Source: Camelus dromedarius (Eukaryota). Taken from it: a stretch of 64,000 nt of DNA. Each line of letters starts with the position of its first letter. Position 1 is the stretch's first letter. Location of the stretch: contig NC_087447.1 in the NCBI RefSeq assembly GCF_036321535.1, positions 33,730,001 through 33,794,000 on the forward strand. Reading direction: 5' to 3'. Position numbers and translations under genes: made by a program. The notes beneath the pieces were generated by a model. The model ran no database searches and was not told where the DNA came from. It worked only from the letters and a program-made list of their open reading frames with translations. Positions 14,216 to 26,785 of this stretch are shown piece by piece.

Positions 14216-16908
14216 AAACCTTTTCAATAGCTATGATAATGGGTATAATTTTGCTTCTTAGCTCTAAGCCCTATTCATATGATTAATTATATAATATTCT
14301 GCCCAAATTCCCTTTTGTTTGGTATGGATACTGTGACTTGAGTTGTCAGCTTTAAATGATATTCCATAAATTCCTGTTAAAGATAAAGCCATCTAAGTAT
14401 ACACACTTCCTCCACCTGCCTCCTGCATTCCCTTTCCAACTTTTTTAAGATGTGGTAATTGCCACTGTTAAGAGCATAAAAGATTTACATCACATGCTGT
14501 CATCTTAAAATAGCTTAATTCTTGGTTGTAAAAATACGCATTGGTCATGACCAAACATTTTCTTAGTTTTCCTCCTTGTATCCTGACTGGCTGAATGTAA
14601 AACACTATGATTTCTGATATACAATTAGTAAATCCTAGCTAATAATAGTAGAAGGTAGTAAACCTGCTTTCATTAACTTTAAAACTTTGTTTTTATTAGT
14701 GATAATAATAGTAAATGACTACCTCTAAAGTACTATGGAATTGCTTGCTGATTAGAATGAACACTCAAGTTATTGGCTGACTGTTTTATAAAGGCTTTAC
14801 TCCATACCATTATATGTATGGTGAGACACAAATTGAACCTAGGTTCATGCAAAACTAAACTGTGGTCCCTTCATGCTTTTATGGTCTTCAATGGTCTCCC
14901 CCTCCCATAATACAATCATTCTTTCTAAAATCTTTACATTACTAATTGCTTAACAAAATTTTCTTTCAGAAAAACATAAAAGAAAACTTGGCAATAAAAG
15001 GAAGAGGATCTAGATGACTGGTAATATTCATCAAATCATACGCAAAATAGGATAAACCACTTCATGTCACTCATTTCTGGCTTTTCCTACTTTTCTTCAT
15101 CCTGTTAACAAGTAACATTCAGCAGCATTGCTTAGGCAGTTACATGCTGACCTCTCCTATATATCTCCAGATTATCTCAGTGCTAATATCAGCTATATAA
15201 AAATAGGGAAAGACCTATACTATGAGCCTCCACTTTATCCCTCTGATGATGGGAAATAGCTCTGCCACTGTTTCAACCTCATTATTCACATGGCTGTAAG
15301 TTCTTAATGAATTTCATCGAGAATTCAATTTAAATGTATTAAGTTGCTGTCAGTTCTTCAGTAAGATCAATGAACACCACCCAGAGAGGTATGGAAACAG
15401 TTTTCAGAATCTTCCCTAGAACAACTTCAAGGCAAGAATTAGGTTCAACAAAATGTACTTTAGTAAAGGAACAACGAGGGATAGTAGAAAGAACATGAAA
15501 CCTGAGTCCAGCAGATCTGAGTTTAGGGAAAAAAAAAAATTCAAGGTTTGGACAACTAATATGTACCATCCAGGACAGCTATGTTTCTAAAATCTCAAAG
15601 GGCAGCTGGGAGGATTACATGTAATAATATAAATAAAGGTAGAATATATTATCTGGCAACTAGCAAAGAATCAACAAGTGGTAGATGATATTAGTTTTTA
15701 GTCAGTAAGTGTAACTGTCATTAAAAAAAACCCCCGTGATTACAGAAAGATACAGCTAATTGTTGCAGGGTAAAATAAATCTAAAAATTCTAGCCAGGTT
15801 CATGTCAGAGCTCAGAAACACATCTTAAACTGGGTGCAGAAAATGTAGTGATAAAATGAGGGCATTTTGAAAAGGAAAGGTAACTTATAAAAAGAACTCA
15901 ACTGTACTGGAAAATTTTCTGTGCTTTATGTTTTGGCCTTACTGATTTTTACTGCCAAGGGAATTTCATAGGACACGGACGGGCAAGAGGCATAAGTGTG
16001 GTCAGGTGCTTTATGTCACTAGCTCAAAATGTATCCTCCTTTTCATTCACTTTCATGTCACTATTTTATCAACTTTCTCTGACCATGGAAATGATGTGTT
16101 GATCCTGAAGCTCTGAGAACAGGTAGGTGCAGGGAAAGGTGAGTAAAGGGAGACTGATGCAATTCAATTTAGTTTTAAGGGTTCAATGCAATAAACATAT
16201 GATGCTCTATGTTCCAGGAGCTGAAGAGCTTGCTGAAGAGCCAAAGATAAGCAAAACATAATCCCTGAGAACATTCTGTTTGTATACAACCATTCACAGC
16301 AGAAAAGAAAGCCTGTAAAAACACAATCACACTCTGAGTATGCACCTCACTCTGAGTATACAGAGCTAATATGATTAAAAGTTTACCACGGACCTGAAAA
16401 GAAAGCCTTCCAAATTTATCGGAATCTACTTAAAAATACTGATGGGGTATGCTGTGCTTTAAAAACCTAGCAGAAACCAGTCACTATTTAAATATTCTTG
16501 ACAAAGCACAGAAAAGCCAGGTTTATATACCTGGTAAAGTCATAGAAAATTTGCCACCAAAGAGAATGATCTTCAATCTAGTATGAAATATTCTTTTGGG
16601 GGGAAAAAAAACCCAAAGAACTAAATGTCATAAAGATTAAATATCAAAAAGAGCTTCTGCGAGATTTTTATTTGAATACCAAAAAGCTTCCAAATCTACC
16701 TTAGTATTTTTATTAAAAGTGTTCATGAGAATACCATTAACTTGGAGTCTGAATATCTTACATAATGTTCTACATCAAAAGTATACTAAACGAATGTCTT
16801 AAAGCTTCCTCTAATGGAAACATCCTTCATCTCTATTGGGAACTTTCTCAGTCATGCATAGTTTATTTGAAATCCAAAGGTTCATCTGGTCCTGGCAGAC
16901 TAAAATTA

Positions 16909-17046
<138 letters not shown>

Positions 17047-17379
17047 TTAGAAATGTGCAATATCATCATATGTAGATCAATTTAAATATCTGGGCTACTC
17101 TTTTAATAGAAGATATATTTTTTGTCTCTACCATACAATATTCTGCAAAGTTTAAGATTTCTTTTTTTTCAGTAAATGCTCCATATAATAATTGTCAGAA
17201 AATCAGGCCACGGTATAAAATGGATCCAGAAAGTTCATTATGGTAGAATGTACTAAATCTTCCGTTTCCATGCTTCCACCTTCCAGGCCATTGTTTCATT
17301 TTCACTAAAAGGAAAATTTCAGACAGAAACTGTTCATGTATCCTGTAACTCCCTGGAATACTGCAGTATGAATCTAGAT

Positions 17380-17545
17380 CAGTAGTTCTCATCTAGATTT
17401 TGTCCTGGGGGGAGGACATTTTTGATTGTCACAACTCAGCAGAGGGAGGGGAATGCTGATAAACATCCTTCAATGCCAGGATGGCCCCTGCAACAAAGAA
17501 GTGTCTGGCCCCCAGTATCTATGGGGCTAAGGTTGAGAAACCCTG
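17380..17545 (+). mobile_element. MER20 hAT MITE (internally deleted)
   Basis: CAGTAGTTCTCA...GACATTTTTGATTGTCACAACT...GGTTGAGAAACCCTG with 8-bp TCTAGA-centred flanks ATCTAGAT / GTCTAGAA. Confidence 0.85.
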
Positions 17546-19224
17546 GTCTAGAACACCTTTTCCAAAAGCATCTCCTGCCCAATGACATTCTCTTTGAAGA
17601 GTTTTAAAAAAACAGGAGGGATGGGGATCTTTAATTAAAGAGGTGAGAAAGACCAGACACTACATCCTCCTCTTAGAGATTCGTAATGCAAATCAGCACA
17701 TTAATAGTTATGACAAGTGCTTTGGGAAAAAGGACCGTGCTGAACATATTTTAACCAAGTATTGCCCACTTTTTGACTAGAGACCTTTTTTTCTAGTTAA
17801 CACCGTACACAACTACTGTTGTTTGAAATATAATTCATGAAACTTGGCCCCAGTTTACTCCAGATTTTGGAGAACAGTAATGACTCCTCTACCAAGAGGA
17901 TAACCACAGCAACAATGAAAAGACAACTTGCCACTACTGGTGCTACAAACACAGTACACTCTAATAGTATGCTACACATGTAGTTTATCATAGAAATGTC
18001 AAAATAATCATGAGTGAGAGATCAATGCCAGTTTCCATCAGTCCTCTGGGGCCCAACCCCCAACAGCCCTGAGCAGCAGGGAAAGTCAAGTGTTCAGCAC
18101 AGTGCTTAGCACATAATACACCTTATTACTGCTTAGGGTGAACCAACATGAATGTTGCCGTAATGTCGGCATTCTAAATCAAAACTGTCCTCACTCATTT
18201 GTTCTGAGCACAAATAACTGTCTGACAGCATCAATACAATAGTCTTTAACAAAATGAACAAAAATGTTTTAAAGGTTTCTCCGGAACAGTAAAAACCTGC
18301 AACCCCAGAATGGATATTCTTCCCAAGAAATTAACAGTAAATTTTAATTTATTGAAAAGACAGCTCTCATGCTTGAATCACTTATAAAGGAGCCTAATTA
18401 AATTGCTGCCAGCAACTCTACGTTAGTATTTACCTTTTCCCTCCAACACATTAATTCATTGATGAGAAAATAATTGCCTATAAAAAAAAGACTTAGCAAC
18501 AAAGCTCTTTGATTAATGTGTTTACATTAGGAAAATTAAGGATTTGATGGAAACTGCTTTCCTGGATAGAGTACTTCAGTAATATGTCTAAATCTTTTAA
18601 GTTAGTTCCCCATTAATATCATCTGTGTATTCAAAGCACAAATGACTTTTGGAATTCAACTAAGAACTCTTTATCAATCTGACATCATTCATGCAGATGT
18701 ATGCACACAAATGCTTATAAATAAGCATTCATCAGTTGATTAAACTGAATTGTAATTTATGCCAAAAAGTTATTTAAAAAAGAAGCACCTATTTACCTTA
18801 CAGGAAAAAGATCTGCTGGTAAAACATGTTAATAGACTGGGGAAAAATGATCTCTATTTGCAAGATTGCCGCATGTTAAAAATATTAACATAAAATAAAT
18901 TCACATTTTAGTAAAAACTGTATTCATTATAGTCCAATCTTTTTTTTAGAAGAGAGCAAAAAAAATAGTCTGTGATTGATCTGACACTGTGTCAAACTGT
19001 TTCTAATACTATTCTTTCAAAGCAGTTAGTTAAACCTAAGTATCATTCTTCCATATGCTCAAACTCCATCTTCCTTCCACATACTACAAACAAATCGAGT
19101 TGTTTCAATCAATAACTGAAAGTAGCTCCTTCTAGCAACATGCTCATTTACTGCATTTAAGATAAAGTTATTAGCCATTCATCAGAGATTAAATTACACC
19201 GCATTTTAAATTGGTAGTAGAGTC

Positions 19225-19420
19225 AATATCAATAGTACCAATTGAAAGGGTAGACTCCTGGATTTAAATCCTGGAGCTCCTTTCTCTATGTGACCATGGA
19301 CATGTTAGTATCACTGAGCCTCAGTTTCTTCATCTGTAAAGTGACAATAACAACGGTATTTTACATCACAGGGTTGTTGTGAGAAATATGTTAATAATGT
19401 AAAAGGGTCTGGAGCAGTAA
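19225..19420 (+). mobile_element. MIR SINE
   Basis: ctgagcctcagtttcttcatctgtaaagtg...cacagggttgttgtgag. Confidence 0.75.
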
Positions 19421-21214
19421 ATCTAAGTTTAAAAAAAATTAAGAGCTACTTAAAAAAGTATATTTGTAAAGGCTAATAAGAATTTTTAAATTATGTTGAA
19501 TAAATTAGAGAATAAAGGTTACCACTTTGTCCAGAATCATATAACACTTAATTAGTAATTGGTTCAATATTAAAATCCATGAGTCAAAACTGAAATTCCC
19601 ATTTTTTTTTCTTCAGGTGTTACTTCTTTTTTCAGACCAGCCAAGACTATCATGTATGTGTGTGCACACAACAAAATTTTAAAAAATAAACAAAAAACTT
19701 TTCTTAAAAATGCTTCAAATTTCTTTAAAATTAAGAAACAAAATTTACAAACTCAATCAAAATAATCTGATCAGGTTGGCCTAATTAGTACCAATTCCAA
19801 CTTTAAGATTCTTCTTGCAAAGATGATCAGATTTTTTGCCCTGGGCCAAAAAAGTCAATTTTACTTAATACTTTGAACTTTGCTATTTATACTTAAGACT
19901 TTCCCATATGTCTGCTTCCATTTAAAAGAATAAACACCAATAAGCACTTTTTCACCTACGCCATAATGATTACCTTAGCTAAGATTAGAATCCTGATCCA
20001 ACAGTATTAGAGTTTCTAAGGTCCTAACTGTTTAAACAACCTAATTTTCACATTAGAGAAATCAGTACTCGTGGGACTTATTTTAGGTCATGTAGCTGGA
20101 AAAATAATACTAGATAATTTTCAGATCCTCTTATAAAAACTGGCCTTAAGATTCAATTCTCACTGCTGCTAAACTCAACATGAGACAGAATGCAAACAAA
20201 CGTGAGAAAAGATAATCCTCCCTGGCAGCTAACCCCCACTTCATAAATGCCATGCCTTTGCTTCCCATGTTCTAGTCAGCCAACATTATTAGGTCATAGA
20301 GTTTCTGAAAGCAAATGATCAAACGTTTCTGTTGATACAGGTAAAGGATTTAGCACAGAGTTAATACATAAAATCTGTAAAAGACCGTATCACATGACTC
20401 TGATTTGGCAGAAGTCATCATATGGCATTAACTATACCCGGTAGAGCTGAGAGAAATGGACAGAAGCAGAAGACTGAAGCAAGTCTTCCTTCCTTCACCT
20501 TTTCCCATTCTGTTTTTTAATCTCCTTTTCACTCTTCACTGGTGTATAATTAAAAACAATACTTTCCTGTATTTCTGATAATATCCATCAGTCTTCTGGG
20601 ACCATTCCCCAATAGCCCTGAGCAGCAGGGAAAGTCAGTGTTCTTGGTTTAGATTCTTGGTTTACAGACTTAGATTTATATCTATTTCTGATAATATCTT
20701 TTCATTTCTGTAGTCAGATATTACTTCTAGAAGTATGTGGTAAGGCTTCTATTCTGTCAAAGCAGTTTCTAAACTTTAGGGTAAATAACTGAACAAGTAA
20801 ATCAATAGAAAAGCATTCCTTCAAAAAAAAAACAGATTAGACATATTCATATTTAGTCTATCTCCTAAATATGCTACATCATTTAAGACTCAATGAAGAC
20901 TAACAATTTTATTTGTCATTTGTTTCACTTAGTATCCAGATATCTGTTCAACTATCACCTCCTCAGAAAGGATTTTCCTGATGTCTCCATATATCTTCTG
21001 CTTCCTCCACCAAACTCTATCTCTTTACCCTGCTTTATACTCCATCATGGCACATAACTTAAGAGCAGTTATTTTAAAATGCTGTTTTGCTTTCTAAAGT
21101 TAAAATTCTAGTGGTGAAAAGTGTTAAAATAGTGAAAATTGTTAAATAATAGTGGTGAAAACTGTTAAAGTTTATTGTATTATCTTTATATGAAATATTT
21201 AATTCTTCCCTAAA

Positions 21215-21390
21215 GTACATTTTCCTGTTATTTCCATTTAACTGATGAGGAAATTAAGGTTTAGTGATATTAAATAATCTAAAATCTTAGCACTTAAAAA
21301 AGTTTATAGTCACAGAAACTGTTGAAACAAGTCAGAATTTGAATCTAGGTCTGTACAGAGGTCAAGTTCTGAATCACTATTCTATGTTGT
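21215..21390 (-). mobile_element. MIR SINE
   Basis: tccatttaactgatgaggaaattaaggtttag...gaatttgaatctaggtctg. Confidence 0.6.
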
Positions 21391-22897
21391 TTCTTAAATT
21401 GATTTACCTGGTTGAAAATAAGACACTGTATTTGTATTATATTATACTACATTTGTAACTAACGGCTCAAGTGTTCTGAAATAAAAAATTTGCCACAGAG
21501 AATACTAAACAAGATTAGAATTTAGAGTAGGTATCTGATTCATAATATTTCAGAGAGATAGCTTAGTTGGCAAGAGGCTCTTAGCTACCATTTACTGTGA
21601 AAAATATTACTTTAGAAAATCAACCAGTATACTAGAACATATATAGAAACAATACATAACATCTGTGAGATCGATGAAAATGTCCAGTTAAAATATTAGC
21701 AGATGAAAAGATTCATACATGTATTGGTCACTGTTATTGTCCTTTCTCTCAACTTTCCACTTTGCTAAACTTCATTTTACTATAGGCTCCCTACGTGAGA
21801 GAAGAGTCTTTAATTTCCTGGGAATTGTCCTTGGTTCTGAACCAAGTCATTTATTACTGATATCAGAAGGCTTTGCTCCAAATGCCCTGCTCATCTGCAG
21901 TGTAATTCAGACTGTAATTTCACAGGCTGCTGCCTCACCTGTAGGGGTGCCATCTGGAAGAGAATTACACCCGATATTTTCTCCCATGATGCTTATGGGG
22001 CACTCTTCTTCCCAAAATGACATTCAGTTTTTAAAATTAAAATTTGCATTTACACTTCAAAAATTAATTACTACAAAAGGGACACACTGGATCAAATCTG
22101 GAACTAGAAGAACCATTAACATTATAAATTGAAATAGGAACCTTATTTTAAAACACCTTTTAAATATATATTTACGATAATTTCTTGGAATAGATAAATT
22201 AATGATAAAAGAAACTTGTAATCCCTTCAGAATAAGGTGCTTCTCTTGTCTAATTTTTTTTCCAGTTCAAATAAATGAATTACTGATACACCCTTAGGAA
22301 GAATTAATTATTTTAAAAGGGAGGCAATAGGAAGGCAAAAATAAAATGAAGAGTTAATCTGTAGAAAGTCTAGTGACAAACAATCAATAATCAGGATTTA
22401 TTTAAAGGTAAAAATACAAGATTACCCCCAACAAATAAGCAAGCCTATGAAATCTAATCCTGAATTCTCAGCATATTTCTGAAGCATAATAAATATGTGA
22501 TGACATTTTTTCCTAACACTATACTCAGTTCTAGAAGATTTACTGTAGAAAGAATTTTATTCAATGTGATTGAGACTAACAGTCATTTGTTAATTGAAAA
22601 CACATTTTAAGTAAAAACATATCAACGTAGATTTGTTTGCCAATATTACCAATATCTACTTGCCAAGTGGACAATCTTTGAATTCTACAATTCCCACCCT
22701 CACTTCTAGTCTTTCACAATTGTTGCGCTGCTTTATTTAACAGTAATTTTTTTTTTACAATCTTGTTCAACAGTTTATGTTAGTATTAACTGATTTTTCA
22801 TAAATAAGTAGGCAAACAAATACAATAAGCTCTTGGTAAACACATAACCCAGCTGACAGAAGCAGAACAGGAGCAGGATCTCTCAGTATTATTTTTT

Positions 22898-23008
22898 AAA
22901 ATTTTAAAATTTTATTTATTGACTTATTTTTAATGGAGATACCAGGGAATGAACCCAGGACCCTGTGCATACTAAGCATTCACTGTACCACTGAGCTATT
23001 TTCCTCAC
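22898..23008 (-). mobile_element. tRNA-derived SINE, Vic-1-like (shorter variant without the CCTAATTAC end)
   Basis: gaacccaggaccctgtgcatactaag...ccactgagcta; TSD TCTCTCAGT(A/G)TTATTTTTT at 22879-22897 and 23009-23027. Confidence 0.85.
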
Positions 23009-23302
23009 TCTCTCAGTGTTATTTTTTTATAACTATATGTCATAAACTGTAATTATCTCAAAACAAAAAGCTTAATTAAAAATATATGAAAAATTAATCA
23101 AATACAGTATGTGGACACCAGGCCCTGACTCAAACAAATCAAATGTAAGAAAAAGTAAAATAAAATTCATGAAGCAATAAGGAAAATGTGAACACAGACT
23201 AGATAGTAAAAAATTTTTAAATATAATATGGAATTATGACATCAGTAATTTTGTTTGACTCAATAATGGCAAAGTGAATATACATTTTAAAGAGTTTTTA
23301 TC

Positions 23303-23398
23303 TGAAAAATTGTGCTGAACACTGGAATTTGACACAACATTGTAAAATGATTATAAATCAATAAAAAATGTTAAAAAAATTTTTAATGACTTAAAAAA
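23303..23398 (+). mobile_element. Extremely truncated L1 3' end (same subfamily as 62230-63451)
   Basis: Near-identical to 63363-63440; perfect 14-bp TSD AAAGAGTTTTTATC at 23289-23302 and 23399-23412. Confidence 0.88.
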
Positions 23399-23814
23399 AA
23401 AGAGTTTTTATCAGTAAGAGATAGCAAAACAATAGTATGGAGACAGATTAGATCAAAACGGCAAAGTGTTGATAATTGTTCAGTTGGGTGATGGGTACAT
23501 GAGGTTAACTAAAACATTCATTCTGTTTTTTTTCACATTGAAAAATTTTCCTAGTAAATTGTTTACTCAGGAAACAAAATATTTTCAACAGATAAAGTTC
23601 CCTGAAAAATATATAGCACAACATCAATCAATAACAAACAAGAACCAAACACCACGAGTGAGGGCCAACAGAAACAATGGTTGCAAAGCAGATCTGCAAA
23701 AATATCCGATGTTACAATTAAAAACACAAAACATAAAATATGAATGTTTACAATTCATGAAATTGAAAGAGGCTTGAAGAAAATAATAACAAGGAAAGTT
23801 TCAGAAGAACCAAA

Positions 23815-24300
23815 GAATAAAAACAAAAAACAAAATCCAATTAAAAAATGGGCAGAAGACTTGAATAGACATTTTCCAAAGAAGATGGACAGATGGCTAA
23901 CAGGCATGAAAAGATGGACAACATCACTTATTATTAGAGAAATGCAATCAAAACCAAATAAGGTATCACCCACACTTGTCAGAATAGCTATCATCAAAGT
24001 CTACAAATAACAAATGTTGAAGAGGATGTAAGGAAAAAGGAGCCCTCATACACTGTTGGTGGGGATGTAAACTGGTGCAGCCAATATGGAAATACTACGG
24101 AGGTTCCCTAAAAAACTAATAATCGAACTACCATATAATCCAGCAATTCCACTCCTGGGTATATATCCAGAAAAAAGAAAACACATTTTTTTTTAAAAAA
24201 GGTACAATGCCCCTAGTGTTCACAGCAGCACTATATAAAATAGCCAAGACACAGAAGCGACCCAAGTGCCCAGCAAGAGACAACTGGCCTAAGAAGATAT

Positions 24301-24344
<44 letters not shown>

Positions 24345-24778
24345 TTACTCAGCGATAAAAAAATGAATGAAATATTGCCATCTGCAGCAACATGGATGGA
24401 CCTAGAGAATTTTATGCTTAGTGAAATAAGTCAAAGACAAATACTATATGACATCACTTATATGTGGAATCTAAAAAATAATACAAATGAGTGAATATGC
24501 AAAACAGAACCAGACTCAGACATAGAAAACAAACTTGTGGTTACCAAGGGGAGAGGAAAAGTGGGAGGGACAAATTAAGGATATGAGATTAACAAACTAC
24601 TATAACATAAATAAAATAGATTAACAACAAGAATATACTGCACAGCACAGGAAATTATACCCATTATCTTGTACTAACCTATAATGGCATATAAGCTGCA
24701 AAAGCACTGAATCAGTATGCTATACACCTGCAACTAACACAAAACTGTAAATCAATCATACTTCAATTAAAAAAAAAA
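23815..24778 (+). mobile_element. 5'-truncated LINE-1 (ORF2 end, 3' UTR, poly-A) inserted in an older L1 ORF1 remnant
   Basis: NPIKKWAEDLNRHF / IREMQ / ATWMDLENFMLSEISQ peptides, 3' UTR and A-tail; flanks 23590-23810 and 24780-24980 resemble decayed L1 ORF1. Confidence 0.88.
24305..24340 (+). repeat. (CA)18 microsatellite
   Basis: Perfect dinucleotide run read directly. Confidence 0.97.
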
Positions 24779-25161
24779 TCCTATAAGTGTAAAAAGAAGA
24801 AATAAAACACTCAATGGAGTTTAACAGATTATTCAAATTAACTTCAGAAAGAACTGGTGGACTAAACTGAAAAAATTATCCAGAGTGCAGCCCAGAAAGC
24901 CAAAACATTAGAAAATGAAAGAGGTAAAAGAAGCAAGGAAGATAAATCTAATAAATATACAATGGTAATTCTAGAAAGATTTATTTAAAAAGATACAAAA
25001 AACTCGACCATAAAGAATTTTGATAAATTTGATACACAAAAATTAAGAATATCTATTCATCAGATCACGCCAAAAGAGTGAAATGACACGCCACACACTG
25101 CCAACAAACATAACTGATAGAGAATAATGTATCTGTCAAAAACATAACTGATAGAGAATAA

Positions 25162-25400
25162 TTTATCTGTCAAGACAAGCTAGGTTACCCTGCATTAACA
25201 AACACCCAAATCATCACCTAAAACAAAAAAAAAGATGTATTTCTAGTATTACAGGTTGACAAGAGGCACTGCTTATTATAATTACTCAGGGAGTCAGGCA
25301 AGCCATAGGGCCACATCTAACTTCAAAGGAGACAGGAAGTTAAATTCTATGATGTGCCCAGAAACAAGGAGAAGCAAAAGATATGAGCCCTGGTAACAGA
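25162..25400. mobile_element. MLT1K/L-like MaLR LTR remnant
   Basis: gctaggttaccctgcattaacaaacacccaaatc ... ggccacatctaacttcaaaggagacaggaagt ... atgtgcccagaa. Confidence 0.65.
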
Positions 25401-25434
25401 CTGGTAACTAGAATATGTAAGAAACTCTTTCAGA

Positions 25435-25615
25435 AAAAAATAGATAAACAACAAGGTCCTACTATCTAGCACAGGGGACTATATTCAATATCTTATAATA
25501 ACCTATAATGAAAAAGAATATGAAAAACAGCATATATATTTATAACTGAATCACTAAGGTGTGCACCAGAAACACACACAGGATTGTAAATCAAATAAAC
25601 TTCAATAAAAAAGAT
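25435..25615 (+). mobile_element. Short L1 3' UTR end
   Basis: tagataaacaacaaggtcctactatctagcacaggggactatattcaatatc...gtaaatcaa...cttcaataaaaaa. Confidence 0.8.
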
Positions 25616-26199
25616 AAAAATCCCAAACAGAATGATAAGCAAAAGAAAGGCAGAAATTTCATAGAAGAAAACGCCGAAATGAGCTAGAAGCTCATTTAAA
25701 ACTTAATTCTTAAACATTTCTATTTGGATATGTACTGCCTTTCAAATTTTTATATAATTGCATTCCAGAATCTCCCTCCTTTATTACATAAAGAAATTCC
25801 CTAAGTTAGCAGTTAAAAACAGTTTCACTACTGTTGTTTATCTTGAGAACATGTAGGTAACGGGTTGTATCTGCTTGGCTATATAAAAGAGTGAAATTTC
25901 TTTCCGTCTTTGTAATCTCACAGCAGACTGCCGGAGAGGATAATAGCAAAACTGATTTCCATAATAATAATAAAAAACTTCATTAAATGTACATTCTTTA
26001 GGGTTTTTGTAGTTCTCTAGTAAGAGTCCATTAGAGCACCTTGTCAGCCTTACCACAAAGAGCAGAAGTGCCAGTGCCTTTGTTTTTGTAATGGTAGATT
26101 AACTCTAAAATATGATAGTAGTTGGGTTTTTCTTTTAAATAAAAGGATTTCAGAAAAAGTAATACTTTGAACTATTTTTAAAAATCACTTAAATCAGTA

Positions 26200-26445
26200 C
26201 CTAGAAATATTAGCCTCAAATGCAAAATATTAGGAAAAAACCTGAAAATCAATGATCTAAGCTTCAAGAAGCTAGAATAAAAGCAGCAAATCAAAGTAGA
26301 GGGAAATAATAAAGATAAAATCAGAAATCAATACAATAAAAAATAAACATATGATTGAAAAAACTCAACAAAGCCAAAATTTGCGGTCTTTCAAAAGAGT
26401 AATAAATGATAAACTCTTAGCAAAACTGATCAAGACAAACCACAT
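26200..26445 (+). mobile_element. Old L1 ORF2 fragment
   Basis: aaaatcaatgatctaagcttc...gaagctagaa...aactcaacaaagccaaa...gataaactcttagcaaaactgatcaag. Confidence 0.65.
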
Positions 26446-26665
26446 ATAATTTCCTAATTAAACAGGAATTTCATTGAGGGACTAGATTAAGCCTCAGGTT
26501 TATTTTTACTTTTATTGGAAAGAAGCACAAATTAATAAAAATAAGGGTGAAGACTGAATTCCTGGAAAGGTCCGTTAACCTCACATTCATTCAACTTCAA
26601 AGCTATAGTCATAACTTTAAATTGGGTGTCCCAAATAAATATTCTAGTATTAAAAAGGGATAGAG

Positions 26666-26785
26666 CCAGGGGAAGGGTATAGCTCAAGTGGTAGAGTGCA
26701 CGCTTAGCATGCACAAGGTCCTAGGTTCAATCCTCAGTACCTCCATTAAAATAAAGAAAGAAAGAAACCTAATTACACCCCCCAC
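26666..26785 (+). mobile_element. tRNA-derived SINE, camelid Vic-1-like
   Basis: Pol III A box (TAGCTCAAGTGG) and B box (GGTTCAATCC), A-rich middle, CCTAATTAC-C-rich end; perfect 13-bp TSD AAAAGGGATAGAG at 26653-26665 and 26786-26798. Confidence 0.9.

Noticed and set aside
21719..22132. Longest ORF in the track (137 aa, + strand)
   Set aside because: No recognisable domain, promoter or splice context; a length expected by chance in 64 kb.
26666..26785. Functional tRNA-Ala gene
   Set aside because: The tRNA-like head is followed by an A-rich SINE body and flanked by a TSD; three related diverged copies occur in the window.
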